This document shows positions 1 through 9,699 of a stretch of DNA of 64,000 nucleotides, piece by piece (positions within the stretch are counted from its first letter, which is position 1; each line of letters starts with the position of its first letter). The translations under genes and the position numbers were made by a program. Location: positions 1 to 64,000 of the IMG/VR virus record IMGVR_UViG_3300050120_000309; one strand, given 5' to 3'. The notes beneath the pieces are model-generated. The model ran no database searches. It saw nothing but the letters and a program-made list of their open reading frames with translations, and was not told the origin of the DNA. The DNA comes from a virus.

Positions 1-1684
1 GCGTTGGGATCGGGAGTTGGTCGTTATAAGGAACGAGTGTCGTCAGGTTTGCATTCAATGTTCCCTGAATGCTGTGGTCACTTCCGAAATCAAATGAAGA
101 GGGTAGGATTTGCTGGAAGTAGACACCTTTGTTGTCGATGTTTGCAGGGCAATCCGTCAGCCGGGTGCTGCGAAGTTCACGCTTGAGACGAGAAATCGAT
201 AGCTCGAGCGGCTGAGCTGCGACATTCAGAAGCTGAGCATCGATGGTGTACTTCGCTTCGCGCACGCGGACATCATTTACGTCAAAGTAGTTCTTCATCT
301 CCTGAGTGAGGTAGGAGAGAAACTGAGGCTGCAGACTGGGGTCCGCGGCAGGAAACACGTTGACATTGAGCGATCCCTGAATGCCTTGATAACGCGCGAT
401 CAAGACAGCTAGGCCCACGGCCTGGCCTGTGACCAGTCCCCGGTTGTCGATCGATGCCGACAGATTGGAAGAAGTCCACTGCGCCAGTTGTGTGATGTCA
501 GTCTGAATGCCGGTGCTGAAGGTTGCCGTTGCGGTGAGCTGTACACTCGCTCCGGACTCAACAACGATTGCAGTGCTGGTTACGGCAATGCTGGTAACAG
601 CCGCCGGGATCACAGTGAACAGAATCTGGGCAACCTGGTGTCCACTAACCAGTGCGCTGATCGTTGCGGCGCCTGGGCTCAGGCAGGCAAACCCTCCGGC
701 TGAATTGACTGTACCGATAGCAGAGTTGCTGGAGATCCAGGTCGTCGTATCGTTGATGTTTACAGTCGATCCGTCGCTGAATGTCTGGATCAGATCAAGC
801 TGAACGCCACGTCCAACAACGCCCGCCATCTCGGGGATGATCGTGGTCGAAACCAGTGCTGGCACAACGAACGAACGAATGCCCTTGTAAGAACCAAAGG
901 TTGCGATGAGGGCGGTCGAACCTGCCAGGACGCCGGTGATGAGGCCTGACTCACTGACAGTAATGAGCCCGCTGGTGCCGGTCCAGGTCGTGTCTGCAGT
1001 TACATCAACACTGGTTCCATCATTGTATTCAGCGAATACTGTGAGCTGAGTTGTCTTTCCAACGGCGGCGGAAGCGACACCCTCTACCCGTAGTCCACGT
1101 AGCAGCGGCGCAACGGTCAGGGTGACCATAGCGCTGGCGGATGCGCTCGAAACACTGAGGACTGTTTGCCCGCTCCGGCCAAAGTACATCGAACCATTGG
1201 CATCGATGAACGAGGCTACTGCAGGGACCGAGGATGTGAAAGCCAACGGAAAGAGCGACTGACGATTGAGTGCCATCGTCGTCCCATTGTTCAGAGTGCC
1301 GGTGACCAAGGCCTGTGGCAGGATGGTCGAGAACGGCAAGGAAAGGGGGTTAGTGACAAACCCCAGGGTGGCAAGTGCCAGTGGTTGAACAACAACGGAT
1401 CCTGTTCCCGAGATGCTGCCAAGTGTTGCTGTGACGGACGCCGTTCCTCCATTGAGGGACTGGGAGGCAATAGCCGTTGTCGCTATTCCATTCGAGCCAA
1501 GAGCGATGAGCTTGACGCCCGTTGCTGCCTGCGAAGGGGACTGCGAGCCCTGACTCCAAACAACAGAGCTGGTGATGTCGACCGTCGTGGTGTCGTCGTA
1601 GGTGCCGGTCGCACGAAAGCTGACAGAGCTGCCCATGATAGGGGAGCTGAGGGCAGTGACTGCGATCGATACAAGATTCGGCAT
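1..1684 (-). CDS. Ig-like (Big_2-type) repeat virion/baseplate-associated protein, 3' end truncated by window edge
   Basis: Not in the ORF track (no stop inside the window). ATG at 1684 just after the stop of the baseplate J gene; read manually as MPNLVSIAVTALSSP..., with repeated units such as QLTATATFSTGIQTDITQLAQWTSSNLSASIDNRGLVTG and QLTVFAEYNDGTSVDVTADTTWTGTSGLITVSESGLITG, typical of bacterial Ig-like group 2 domains; in frame to ...PYNDQLPIPT at position 2. Confidence 0.8.
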   Translation of the reverse strand, partial: MPNLVSIAVTALSSPIMGSSVSFRATGTYDDTTTVDITSSVVWSQGSQSPSQAATGVKLIALGSNGIATTAIASQSLNGGTASVTATLGSISGTGSVVVQPLALATLGFVTNPLSLPFSTILPQALVTGTLNNGTTMALNRQSLFPLAFTSSVPAVASFIDANGSMYFGRSGQTVLSVSSASASAMVTLTVAPLLRGLRVEGVASAAVGKTTQLTVFAEYNDGTSVDVTADTTWTGTSGLITVSESGLITGVLAGSTALIATFGSYKGIRSFVVPALVSTTIIPEMAGVVGRGVQLDLIQTFSDGSTVNINDTTTWISSNSAIGTVNSAGGFACLSPGAATISALVSGHQVAQILFTVIPAAVTSIAVTSTAIVVESGASVQLTATATFSTGIQTDITQLAQWTSSNLSASIDNRGLVTGQAVGLAVLIARYQGIQGSLNVNVFPAADPSLQPQFLSYLTQEMKNYFDVNDVRVREAKYTIDAQLLNVAAQPLELSISRLKRELRSTRLTDCPANIDNKGVYFQQILPSSFDFGSDHSIQGTLNANLTTLVPYNDQLPIPT

Positions 1685-1686
1685 GA

Positions 1687-2889
1687 TTAGCTGGCGACGC
1701 TCAGGGCGATGGGGTTGGTGATGGAGTTCTCAACGATCAGCCGCTCCCCGGTCTGCGGGGTGTAGTCGGCGATCAGGTACCGGGAGTAACGGGTACCGTC
1801 TGCGCGCGATCGCCAGATGTAGATGTTGGCAAGAGGCTTGTTCGGCTGACCGATGTCAAGGATGTTCGGATCGGCATTGAGGACTGCACTCGCGATCTCG
1901 TTGATCACCAGTGTTCCGGTGAGGGTCAGGTTGTTGATGTACGTGGAAGCGGCCGACGTCGCGGCGGAGATCGCGCTCTGTTGCTGCCCGGGCGTCGAAC
2001 CGGCGACGAAGGTCAGGGTGGTGGCAAAGCTGATACCGACCAGATCCGGGGCAACGGCTAGTCCCACAAGCGGATAGGCGGTGACATTGCTCAACTGGGT
2101 CTGGCAAGCCTGCAGGAGGCCTGGGGAGGCTACCTGACTGACAGCGTAGATGTATGCCGTGTAGGTGCCGGCCTGGCGGAGGAACACAACGTCCTGAATA
2201 CCGGGAACAGTGAGAATGGCCAGCCGGAGGTCGCCTTCGGCCGCCCCACCCTTGGACTGAAGCTTCAGGTTGATCCGGTAGCGATAGCTATCGTCGTCCT
2301 CTTCGTCGCGTCCTTCGGTGATTCCATAATTATTGGTGACCAGCAGGGAACCAGTGCGGGAGTCGGTGTAGCCCCGGAAGCTGTGGTTGCTGAACACACC
2401 CCGTGGTGCATTTCCCGATGATCCGTCGAAGGAGCTGGTAGCGGCAAAGGGAACTGTGCTAGACGCGGCAGGAAGGGTCACCGACGAATCAAGGGTGTAG
2501 ACTGGACCGTTCGGATCAGATGTTGAGATCACAGTGCCGGCTGGGACAACGATGGACTTGCCATTGTTGATCTGGCCGAAGGTACCCTGCAGAACAAAGA
2601 AGTTGAAGTTGAAGTCGGCTACATCGGATGCTGCTGTAACTGCATCGAGCCGAGGCATGCCATAGATTTCGCCCAGGAAGTCGATGTTGTCCTTGGTGGC
2701 ATAGGGCAACAGTGTCTGGCCTAGCGAGCCGTACTGCCTACCTTCCGACAGGCCCATCTGGTCGCCAACAATATCAGCGAATGCACGAGCTTTGCCACCC
2801 GGACTAGTCTGGGTGATTCCTGTTTGCTGAAGGGCGGCAAGGTTCTGGGCCTGAAACGTACTGGAAGACTGTGGCTGCTGAATGGGCAT
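1687..2889 (-). CDS. Baseplate J-like wedge protein
   Basis: ATKDNIDFLGEIYGMPR, VPAGTVIST, GRDEEDDDSYRYRI and LTVPGIQDV match the baseplate J / Mu gp47 pattern; follows a gp25-like gene. Confidence 0.85.
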   Translation of the reverse strand: MPIQQPQSSSTFQAQNLAALQQTGITQTSPGGKARAFADIVGDQMGLSEGRQYGSLGQTLLPYATKDNIDFLGEIYGMPRLDAVTAASDVADFNFNFFVLQGTFGQINNGKSIVVPAGTVISTSDPNGPVYTLDSSVTLPAASSTVPFAATSSFDGSSGNAPRGVFSNHSFRGYTDSRTGSLLVTNNYGITEGRDEEDDDSYRYRINLKLQSKGGAAEGDLRLAILTVPGIQDVVFLRQAGTYTAYIYAVSQVASPGLLQACQTQLSNVTAYPLVGLAVAPDLVGISFATTLTFVAGSTPGQQQSAISAATSAASTYINNLTLTGTLVINEIASAVLNADPNILDIGQPNKPLANIYIWRSRADGTRYSRYLIADYTPQTGERLIVENSITNPIALSVAS

Positions 2890-3242
2890 TAGAGGGTCAC
2901 GACAATGCTGGTGAGAAGGGTCTTGTTCAGGTAGATGTAGGCCTCGATCGAATTGCCGACTGCAAGAGTCTGAATGGTGAACGATCCGGCGGAGAGGAAT
3001 TGTCGAGTGAGACTGGAAGTAATGGCTCGCTGAATGCTTAGCTCAGTGTTGATATTGACTGGCATGCCGGGGAACACTTCAAGACCGGCGCCGATCGTGT
3101 AGAGCTTCCATCCGTCGACAGCCGCCTTGACGCGGCTAGCCACCATCGACTCGAGCTCTTCAACAGAGTTCAGGGTCGTAGCGAGGTCGCCGTTGCCATC
3201 GAGCAGTGTTCCGCCCATGGACATCCATCGAAGATCAGCCAT
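2889..3242 (-). CDS. Baseplate wedge / sheath-initiator (gp25/gp46-like) protein
   Basis: Small protein (DGNGDLAT...GWKLYTIGAGLE) directly upstream of baseplate J; start moved to the ATG of MADLRW. Confidence 0.6.
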   Translation of the reverse strand: MADLRWMSMGGTLLDGNGDLATTLNSVEELESMVASRVKAAVDGWKLYTIGAGLEVFPGMPVNINTELSIQRAITSSLTRQFLSAGSFTIQTLAVGNSIEAYIYLNKTLLTSIVVTL

Positions 3243-3317
3243 AAAAGGGTGTTCCTGTCGAAAAGCGCTAATCTCCATCGCAAAACACCCTCTTTCAGGG
3301 GGTTTCGTCGAAGAACA

Positions 3318-3713
3318 CTAAGCCAGGTCGGAGTATTGAAGGAGGGAAGACTCACAATCCGAGATGCCCTGGCTGGAGCGGAGGAGCTCCGGTGTGGATT
3401 GGACCAGGGTGGGGATTGGAGTAGGCGTTGTGGAGGCAACGCAGCTGGTGAGGAGAGGATTGAGTCGCCAATAACCGCCACCGATGGCGATCTGGTCTGG
3501 CATAGCGGAGAGACTGATCTTGCCGGCCAGCATGATGCCGAAGTCCGCACTCACATTGATGACATTGTTCTTGTCACCAACCAGAATGATGCTATCTTCA
3601 CTGATCACGAGATACGGCTGGCCCTGGTAGGCGTCGCCGGCGTAGAGAACCTTAGGCTGATTGAGAGCCTTGGCTACATTCTCGAGATCAAGTACCGGAG
3701 GGGTGGCTGACAT
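3318..3713 (-). CDS. Baseplate/spike-associated protein (putative)
   Basis: Short beta-strand repeats (IILVGDKNNVINVSADFGIMLAGKISL); position in baseplate cluster. Confidence 0.4.
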   Translation of the reverse strand: MSATPPVLDLENVAKALNQPKVLYAGDAYQGQPYLVISEDSIILVGDKNNVINVSADFGIMLAGKISLSAMPDQIAIGGGYWRLNPLLTSCVASTTPTPIPTLVQSTPELLRSSQGISDCESSLLQYSDLA

Positions 3714-3799
3714 TAGATGAGGTCGTGATCCTTGATGTCAACGGTGTCGACAACTCGGCCGAAGTCGGTGTCTTTGATGAGTACTTCCCATTTCTTCAT
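3713..3799 (-). CDS. Very small hypothetical protein (28 aa, MKKWEVLIKDTDFGRVVDTVDIKDHDLI)
   Basis: Fills the gap between 3801 and 3713 with coupled start/stop junctions. Confidence 0.35.
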   Translation of the reverse strand: MKKWEVLIKDTDFGRVVDTVDIKDHDLI

Positions 3800-3800
3800 G

Positions 3801-4448
3801 TTAGGTCCCTGCTGGAGCGAGATCCTGATCGACGGGAACGCGCGGAAAAGTAGAGTGAAAGTTGACCTTATGGACAGTGCCGGGTACGTTGATGGCGATA
3901 CTGTTGCCGGTCGAATCTGAGACGACCTGCTGTTGCTTGACCAGGAGAACTTCGACCTGATCACCTTCCATCATGGCGCCCTTCTGGAAGTACTGGGCCT
4001 CTGAGTCTCTGGGTGCAACCGGGAATGGTTGGCACGATATCCAATCGGTCGAGAAGGCGGGATCCAGAAGTCCTGGTGAAACCACAGCTCCAGTTACCGG
4101 ATCGACCTTGGGCGGGTTGTCCTTGATGGAAGCAGTCCAGACCAGGATGGAGTTGGTCGCGGTGTCGTATACGGGATTCACGAGAGGCTGAGTGCCGTCG
4201 TCGACCTGGCCGCTAACCCCAGTCAGTACAACGAGATCAAGGGAGCTGCTATCAGCTCCGTTGTTATCCAGGGATTGTTTGAGGGATACCGCGGAGCGGC
4301 GGGGGCAGCCCACACGACCATCCTCTGTCTGTGCAATCCGCTGGTTCTGGCAAACAGAACAAGGGCTCACGATGCCCTGAAAGGACTGTGGCGCAGAGTT
4401 CGCCCGGTACTGCTGGGCGATCGAGATGGACTGATCGGTAGGTCTCAT
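3801..4448 (-). CDS. Baseplate-region hypothetical protein with Cys cluster
   Basis: 215-aa ORF, CSVC...C motif; preceded by both promoter-like motifs and probably leaderless. Confidence 0.6.
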   Translation of the reverse strand: MRPTDQSISIAQQYRANSAPQSFQGIVSPCSVCQNQRIAQTEDGRVGCPRRSAVSLKQSLDNNGADSSSLDLVVLTGVSGQVDDGTQPLVNPVYDTATNSILVWTASIKDNPPKVDPVTGAVVSPGLLDPAFSTDWISCQPFPVAPRDSEAQYFQKGAMMEGDQVEVLLVKQQQVVSDSTGNSIAINVPGTVHKVNFHSTFPRVPVDQDLAPAGT

Positions 4449-4454
4449 GTCTGT

Positions 4455-4466
4455 CTAGTATAGGAA
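4455..4466 (-). promoter_or_regulatory. Putative late promoter TTCCTATACTAG (copy 1); also has an upstream CTTTGGCCG box at 4478-4486
   Basis: Exact 12-mer, intergenic, ends 6 nt before the ATG at 4448. Confidence 0.7.
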
Positions 4467-4486
4467 CGCAGTGCCACCGGCCAAAG

Positions 4487-7400
4487 CTACTTGACCGGTG
4501 AGGTGACGGGTAGGGTATTGCTCGGTGCGCCCTTGAAGAAGCGGTAGTCGTCGATAAGGGGATAGATGTTGTCTGCCTTGAACTCCTGGAACGAGTTCTG
4601 GATGTTCTGCCAGAAGTCACTGATCTGATAGCCTTCGAGTCCGCCCATCCAAGGACGTCCCCAGCGCGAGACCGGCATGATCTCCACCAGGTTGGAGGTT
4701 TGGCTCTTGTAGCCGGTGTAAATGATGCCGCCCATGATGGCCACACCAATGAGGGACTCGAGCACCCACTCCGGAGGCCCGCCGATAAGAGCAGCTCCTA
4801 CAGCAGCTGTGGTCGCCACGGCAGCTCCGCCAACCCCTGCCGCTATCTTGGTCGAGGTGTTGGAATGAACAATGGCCTGTCCCAGACCTGTCAAGTTACC
4901 GAGGCTTTTGCCCATGACCATGCAGAACATACGAGAGATGTTGGCGGTTGCCGCCTCATTCACAGTCGTAATGGCGCGGGGATAAACCGTGGTGGTACAG
5001 CCCGTCTCTTGGTTGAAGCTATGGAGAACATGATCGACTTCGACGATGCCGACAATGGCAGTCGAGGGGTCGAGCATGATGAGTGCATGACCTGGCTCGA
5101 TTTCAGGTGTCCCACGGAGGATGATCTCTCCCTCGTACATCTTGCCGAGCTCTTCCTTGAGAAAGCTTTGCTGAATCGCCTTGCACAAGTGATCGTATGG
5201 TTCGATGTTGGCTTCAGCATCGATAAGAAGATCTGTGACGTCGAGGATCCTGGTGTAGTGGGAAGGGATATTTCCATTGGCTGACGCAGTGTGCGCGCCA
5301 ACCCGGACAGCGTTGTAGATCTTGTCATTCACACGCATGCTGTTGTGAATGATCGACTGATGATCGATAAAGTGATGCATCCGCACAGGCTTCAAACGAT
5401 CGTCTGACGAAGGGTTCTGCATCTCAAGATACTTTAGCCAGAGCTGACGAACGGCGATGATCTCATTGCGAGCTGCACGCGTCCTGGAGTTCTGCGACGG
5501 ACTGTCAATATCATTGACGAATGTACCCAGCAACTGATCGGCATAGTTGAGGAAAGCCGGCGTCGACTGGAACGCCGCTAGGCCGACGAACTGTTGGACC
5601 TCTGTGTTGAGGCTGTCGAGCGCGGCGTAGAACTGTGCTGGTCCCGTAGGTACTGGCCAGCTGAGAGAAGCACCCTGATCCGTCTTGATCGCGGCAAACA
5701 TAGCAGCCCAGGCTGTAGCGCCCTGGGTATTCCACCACTGAGTGAACTGTGCATCACTGGTCAAAGAGGCATGATAGCGCTCTGCGTCCCCGATCATGGG
5801 CAGGCGGGCGAAATACCAGTCAAGTGGATGAGCTACAACCAGAGTCGCATCCGCCGAGAAAGGGAAGCCATACTGCTTCACAAGAACCTGATACTCCGGG
5901 TAGCGGCGAGAGATGTCCCTGATGATCTCCCAGATGGTCTTGGTCGAATTATCGGGGATCTTGTAGTCGAACTGGTAGTAGAGATCGGTCGTCGATTCAT
6001 CATAGAAGTCGCGCGTGAGGCGCTGCTTCGATGCGTCTCCAAGGTGGTTGATGACGTGATTGATGAGAATGTTCTCGCCGCTGCGGTCGTAGCTGGCCAC
6101 CATCGCAGCACCGATTCTGGAGACTTCATTGGTCGATGAGGAAGAGAACTCTCCGATCATCTTGCCGGCACGGTTTTCCCAGGTCAGTCCCGTAATGAGT
6201 GGATCTGACAGAGCCGCGAGCTTGAAACTCCCAAAGTGCTTGGCATTGTCCATTTTCAACATGGATTCAACAACACTGGCAACGTCAGCTGAGTCATGCC
6301 ACGGCTGCCATCCTCCCCGCTTCTTACCTGCAACCGCTTTCTGGTCTTTGGTCGGCAGCTCACACAGTTCAGCGAGGTAGCTTTCGGCCTCAATAGTCAG
6401 GATGTCATCACCTTCTACGGTTTCGACACGACCGGTGAACACTGGAGTAAGAAGATCAGGATTGTTGGAGTATCCCATCCGAATTTGGATCTTCGTGCCA
6501 GGCTGCAGGACCGCGTACTGCAGAGGTACGCGCTCTACCTTACCCGGTACGACACCGTCGCGGAGGTCGTAGCCGAGCAACTGCTGTACTTGATAAGCCT
6601 GACCACTGATGGTGCGACCTCCGACTAGGGCTGCATTGGGGTCTCCTCCTGAAACAGGGCCGGCACCAGACGCAGGTGTAGTTGAGAAGAACTCCCGCTT
6701 GTAGAGCTCCAGCTCGTACTTACCCTGGGAAGTGTTGTCGAAGAGTTTGTGCTGGAGGATGTTGGCGACGTTTGTGATTGTTATGCGCGCCAGATCCGGT
6801 TTGTCCTTGTACTTCATGACTTCAATGTCAAGCACCGAAGCATAAGAGTAGAAGTTGTCGAAGCCTTGGATCCAGCCCGGGGAGGCGTCCTCAAGCAGGA
6901 AGAGTTTGTAGGTCGGAAAGGCCTCAGCCATGCTGTAGCCTGGGATATTCGTCATCCGAACGAGACTGTTCGTGTCGGCATTCTGCCCAACGTACTCGCT
7001 CTCGGTGATGGCAATGTCGTACGAGTCTGGACGCACTGGGGTATTGACTGCAGCGGCGGTCTGAGTTGCAGCAGTGACCACCTGATCGAGACTCGAACGT
7101 ACATGAGCCATGTACTCATCGTTGTGATTGACGAAGTAGTAGCCAGGATTGAAGTCCGCTCCATTGACGGTCAGAGTATCCAGGCCCATGTCTTTATAAG
7201 CGCCATGTCCGGCATTGACGGAATCTAGCCCTGGCCCTTGTGGAGAGACAGCAGTCGTAAACTGAGCAGAGAACCTTGGGCTGTTCGCCAGGGTGTTGAT
7301 ATCCGTGGCGAAGTTGGCGTCATAGGAAGACAGCAGGGGAAAGATTGCGTCATAGACAGACTGAATGACCGCCTTTCGGGAGGGCACGTTGGTCAGACCT

Positions 7401-9697
7401 TGCGCTGTGTTGTCAGCAGCTGTCAGCCCGAAATCCAATCCCCAGTTTGAATTCGTCTCCACCAGGGCCTGGAGTAGAAACGCATCTCCATAGGTGAAGG
7501 TTCCGCTCTTGAGCATCGGCTGGAGGCGCTTGAGCATCGAGGGGTAACCGGCGGCTACTCCATTGGTGGCAAAGGGTGTCAGCATCGTCGTAACCTGCGC
7601 CGGCTTAGCGTCACAGGAACCTGTAGCTGAGAGGCCAGTGAAATCAACGGCCGTCACCTTCCCAAGCTTCTGAAGGAAACCGGCGAGAACAGGATAGCTG
7701 TAGGCAGCTCGACCTGCGGAGAACGACGACAACTCCGTGATGGTATTGGCTTCATCAGGAGTAAGGCTGGAGAGAGCTCCCGAACTGACAAGGGCGGCCG
7801 CCTGGATCACCGAAGCTGAATCCAGGGATCGGATCTTGAATGGAGACGAGACCTCAAAGATGTTCTCGTACTGAGAACCAGTAACTTCGCACATCACGGT
7901 GTCGGATGTGTTCCCAAGAGTCTGAGCACTGATGCGGTCGATCATCACACCACGAAGGCCCAGCATATTGAAGACCTTGTTCTCGAGGTAGAACGCCTGC
8001 ATCCTGTGAATGCTCGATACCGCGCGCCAGGTGTTTCTGAACTTCAGGTATTGTGCTTCGAGATACTCTGAGGCACCAGAGATTGCCCGAATTCCAGGGT
8101 GGCTCGGTTCAATATCTTCGGAAGCCCGCTCACCCTTCGACAGGAATCCAAGGGAGAACTTCGCGCTCGTACTTCCAATGTGCTGATAGGTCGGGTACTG
8201 GTATCCGGCGAGAGGGATCTGGGCCAGGTTATTGGTGAACAGGATCGAGAACGTCGTCGGGACCATGTCATAGTTGTGCTCGAGATCACCATGATTGGTG
8301 TCTGAGAAGGTCAGTTCCTGCTCTTGATAGAAGAAGGCAACGTCATTGACTGCATGGTCATAAGACCAGCCCTCCTCGATGAGCTTGAGAACGTGCGCAC
8401 TCTGTTCGGCGGTGAGGCTATCGCCCGGAGCCGAACCTGTTGTGTCAGCAATGGGAGTAAGAGCGGCAGGTTTAGCAGCAGTTGGTGGAGACGCTACGAG
8501 GACTGCAGGAATCTTGGACTTCTTGCCACCAGCCGCAGGATTCGAATACTGAGGGGCATACAGAGCAATGCCCTTTGCGTAGTCCGGTTCAGGACCCTCG
8601 TAGTAGCCCTTGCTCTTGAGCGCAGCTGCCAGGCCGGCAGCGGTCTTCGGGGTTGCAGCAATGACGGTGCCGTAGCGCTTTCCGGTCATAAGGCTGCCGT
8701 AATAGACACCAAAGTCTGCGATGGTGGCGAACGGCCGGTAGATCTTTGTCCCGGGCCAGCGTACTCCTCCCAGGTTGTTGAGGGTGCGGGCTCCGCGGTT
8801 GGTGAAACCCTGAGTCTCAAATGCCCATTGGCCAAAGATCAATTCAGCAGGGAGGCCTGTCTTCTGGGAAGCAGTCGCTGCCGCGGCGCGCGCGGCGGCC
8901 GCAATCGAAGATGAGTTAGCATTCGCTGCAATTTGTGGGACAACAGTGTTTTGAACAGCACTGGCGACAGCTGCCGTGGCAGCAGCGGAGACACCTGTTG
9001 CCACCATCGTACCGATCTTCTGGGTCTGGTACTGACGGTAGCGTAGCTTCACTGTGCCGTCGATCTGGTCACGCCAGTTGAGGAGTGGAGATCCGTCGTA
9101 TGACGACTCCGGCCCGCCATCCAGATTCTTCTGCTGCCATGAAGCGATGTATTGCTGGAAGGGAGCGCACAGATAGGCGTCTGTCGACTGTCCCTTGTCC
9201 CCGATGTAACCAAAGTCCGAGGAGTAGGGGAAGTAGTTGAACAGCGTCATCGTCAGATCGACATCGAGGACATCAATCAGGTCTGAATTGGTCTTGACAG
9301 ATAGCTGCCGCAGGCCGAATCCCATGCGGGAATTAGTCATGGACGAATCCTGCTCCGCAAGAGCCTGGCGGATGAATCCGTTCTCTACCTCAACGAAGGG
9401 CGCTGCGTGAAACATGGCCAGGATGGCACGGAGATCCTCCCACTGTTTGTAGCGTCCATCCTCAGTTGAAGCAGTGTCATCGATCATGACCTTGAAGGCC
9501 ACACTGACATCCCATCGAGACTGACCAGTCTTCTTGATCATGTCGTTGCGGCCACGTAGGGTCGTCAAACGGTCGTTGTTGACCAGCTTGTCGGACTTGA
9601 TGTCGGTCGGTGGAACGGACAGGACGATGTGTCCAATCCGGAAGTAGCCGGCCTGAGTGGGGTTGTTCTTCTCGTACTCGCTGAATGTGATCGACAC
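4487..9697 (-). CDS. Large baseplate hub protein with GH73/FlgJ-type peptidoglycan hydrolase domain
   Basis: GLPAELIFGQWAFETQGF...NNLGGV...YRPFATIAD...GYYEGPEPDY (approx. 8530-8900) is a glucosaminidase signature; LQPGTKIQIRMGYSNNPDLLTPVFTGRVETVEGDDILTIEAESY resembles gp27/gpD-like hub domains. Confidence 0.75.
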   Translation of the reverse strand: MSITFSEYEKNNPTQAGYFRIGHIVLSVPPTDIKSDKLVNNDRLTTLRGRNDMIKKTGQSRWDVSVAFKVMIDDTASTEDGRYKQWEDLRAILAMFHAAPFVEVENGFIRQALAEQDSSMTNSRMGFGLRQLSVKTNSDLIDVLDVDLTMTLFNYFPYSSDFGYIGDKGQSTDAYLCAPFQQYIASWQQKNLDGGPESSYDGSPLLNWRDQIDGTVKLRYRQYQTQKIGTMVATGVSAAATAAVASAVQNTVVPQIAANANSSSIAAAARAAAATASQKTGLPAELIFGQWAFETQGFTNRGARTLNNLGGVRWPGTKIYRPFATIADFGVYYGSLMTGKRYGTVIAATPKTAAGLAAALKSKGYYEGPEPDYAKGIALYAPQYSNPAAGGKKSKIPAVLVASPPTAAKPAALTPIADTTGSAPGDSLTAEQSAHVLKLIEEGWSYDHAVNDVAFFYQEQELTFSDTNHGDLEHNYDMVPTTFSILFTNNLAQIPLAGYQYPTYQHIGSTSAKFSLGFLSKGERASEDIEPSHPGIRAISGASEYLEAQYLKFRNTWRAVSSIHRMQAFYLENKVFNMLGLRGVMIDRISAQTLGNTSDTVMCEVTGSQYENIFEVSSPFKIRSLDSASVIQAAALVSSGALSSLTPDEANTITELSSFSAGRAAYSYPVLAGFLQKLGKVTAVDFTGLSATGSCDAKPAQVTTMLTPFATNGVAAGYPSMLKRLQPMLKSGTFTYGDAFLLQALVETNSNWGLDFGLTAADNTAQGLTNVPSRKAVIQSVYDAIFPLLSSYDANFATDINTLANSPRFSAQFTTAVSPQGPGLDSVNAGHGAYKDMGLDTLTVNGADFNPGYYFVNHNDEYMAHVRSSLDQVVTAATQTAAAVNTPVRPDSYDIAITESEYVGQNADTNSLVRMTNIPGYSMAEAFPTYKLFLLEDASPGWIQGFDNFYSYASVLDIEVMKYKDKPDLARITITNVANILQHKLFDNTSQGKYELELYKREFFSTTPASGAGPVSGGDPNAALVGGRTISGQAYQVQQLLGYDLRDGVVPGKVERVPLQYAVLQPGTKIQIRMGYSNNPDLLTPVFTGRVETVEGDDILTIEAESYLAELCELPTKDQKAVAGKKRGGWQPWHDSADVASVVESMLKMDNAKHFGSFKLAALSDPLITGLTWENRAGKMIGEFSSSSTNEVSRIGAAMVASYDRSGENILINHVINHLGDASKQRLTRDFYDESTTDLYYQFDYKIPDNSTKTIWEIIRDISRRYPEYQVLVKQYGFPFSADATLVVAHPLDWYFARLPMIGDAERYHASLTSDAQFTQWWNTQGATAWAAMFAAIKTDQGASLSWPVPTGPAQFYAALDSLNTEVQQFVGLAAFQSTPAFLNYADQLLGTFVNDIDSPSQNSRTRAARNEIIAVRQLWLKYLEMQNPSSDDRLKPVRMHHFIDHQSIIHNSMRVNDKIYNAVRVGAHTASANGNIPSHYTRILDVTDLLIDAEANIEPYDHLCKAIQQSFLKEELGKMYEGEIILRGTPEIEPGHALIMLDPSTAIVGIVEVDHVLHSFNQETGCTTTVYPRAITTVNEAATANISRMFCMVMGKSLGNLTGLGQAIVHSNTSTKIAAGVGGAAVATTAAVGAALIGGPPEWVLESLIGVAIMGGIIYTGYKSQTSNLVEIMPVSRWGRPWMGGLEGYQISDFWQNIQNSFQEFKADNIYPLIDDYRFFKGAPSNTLPVTSPVK

Positions 9698-9699
9698 TA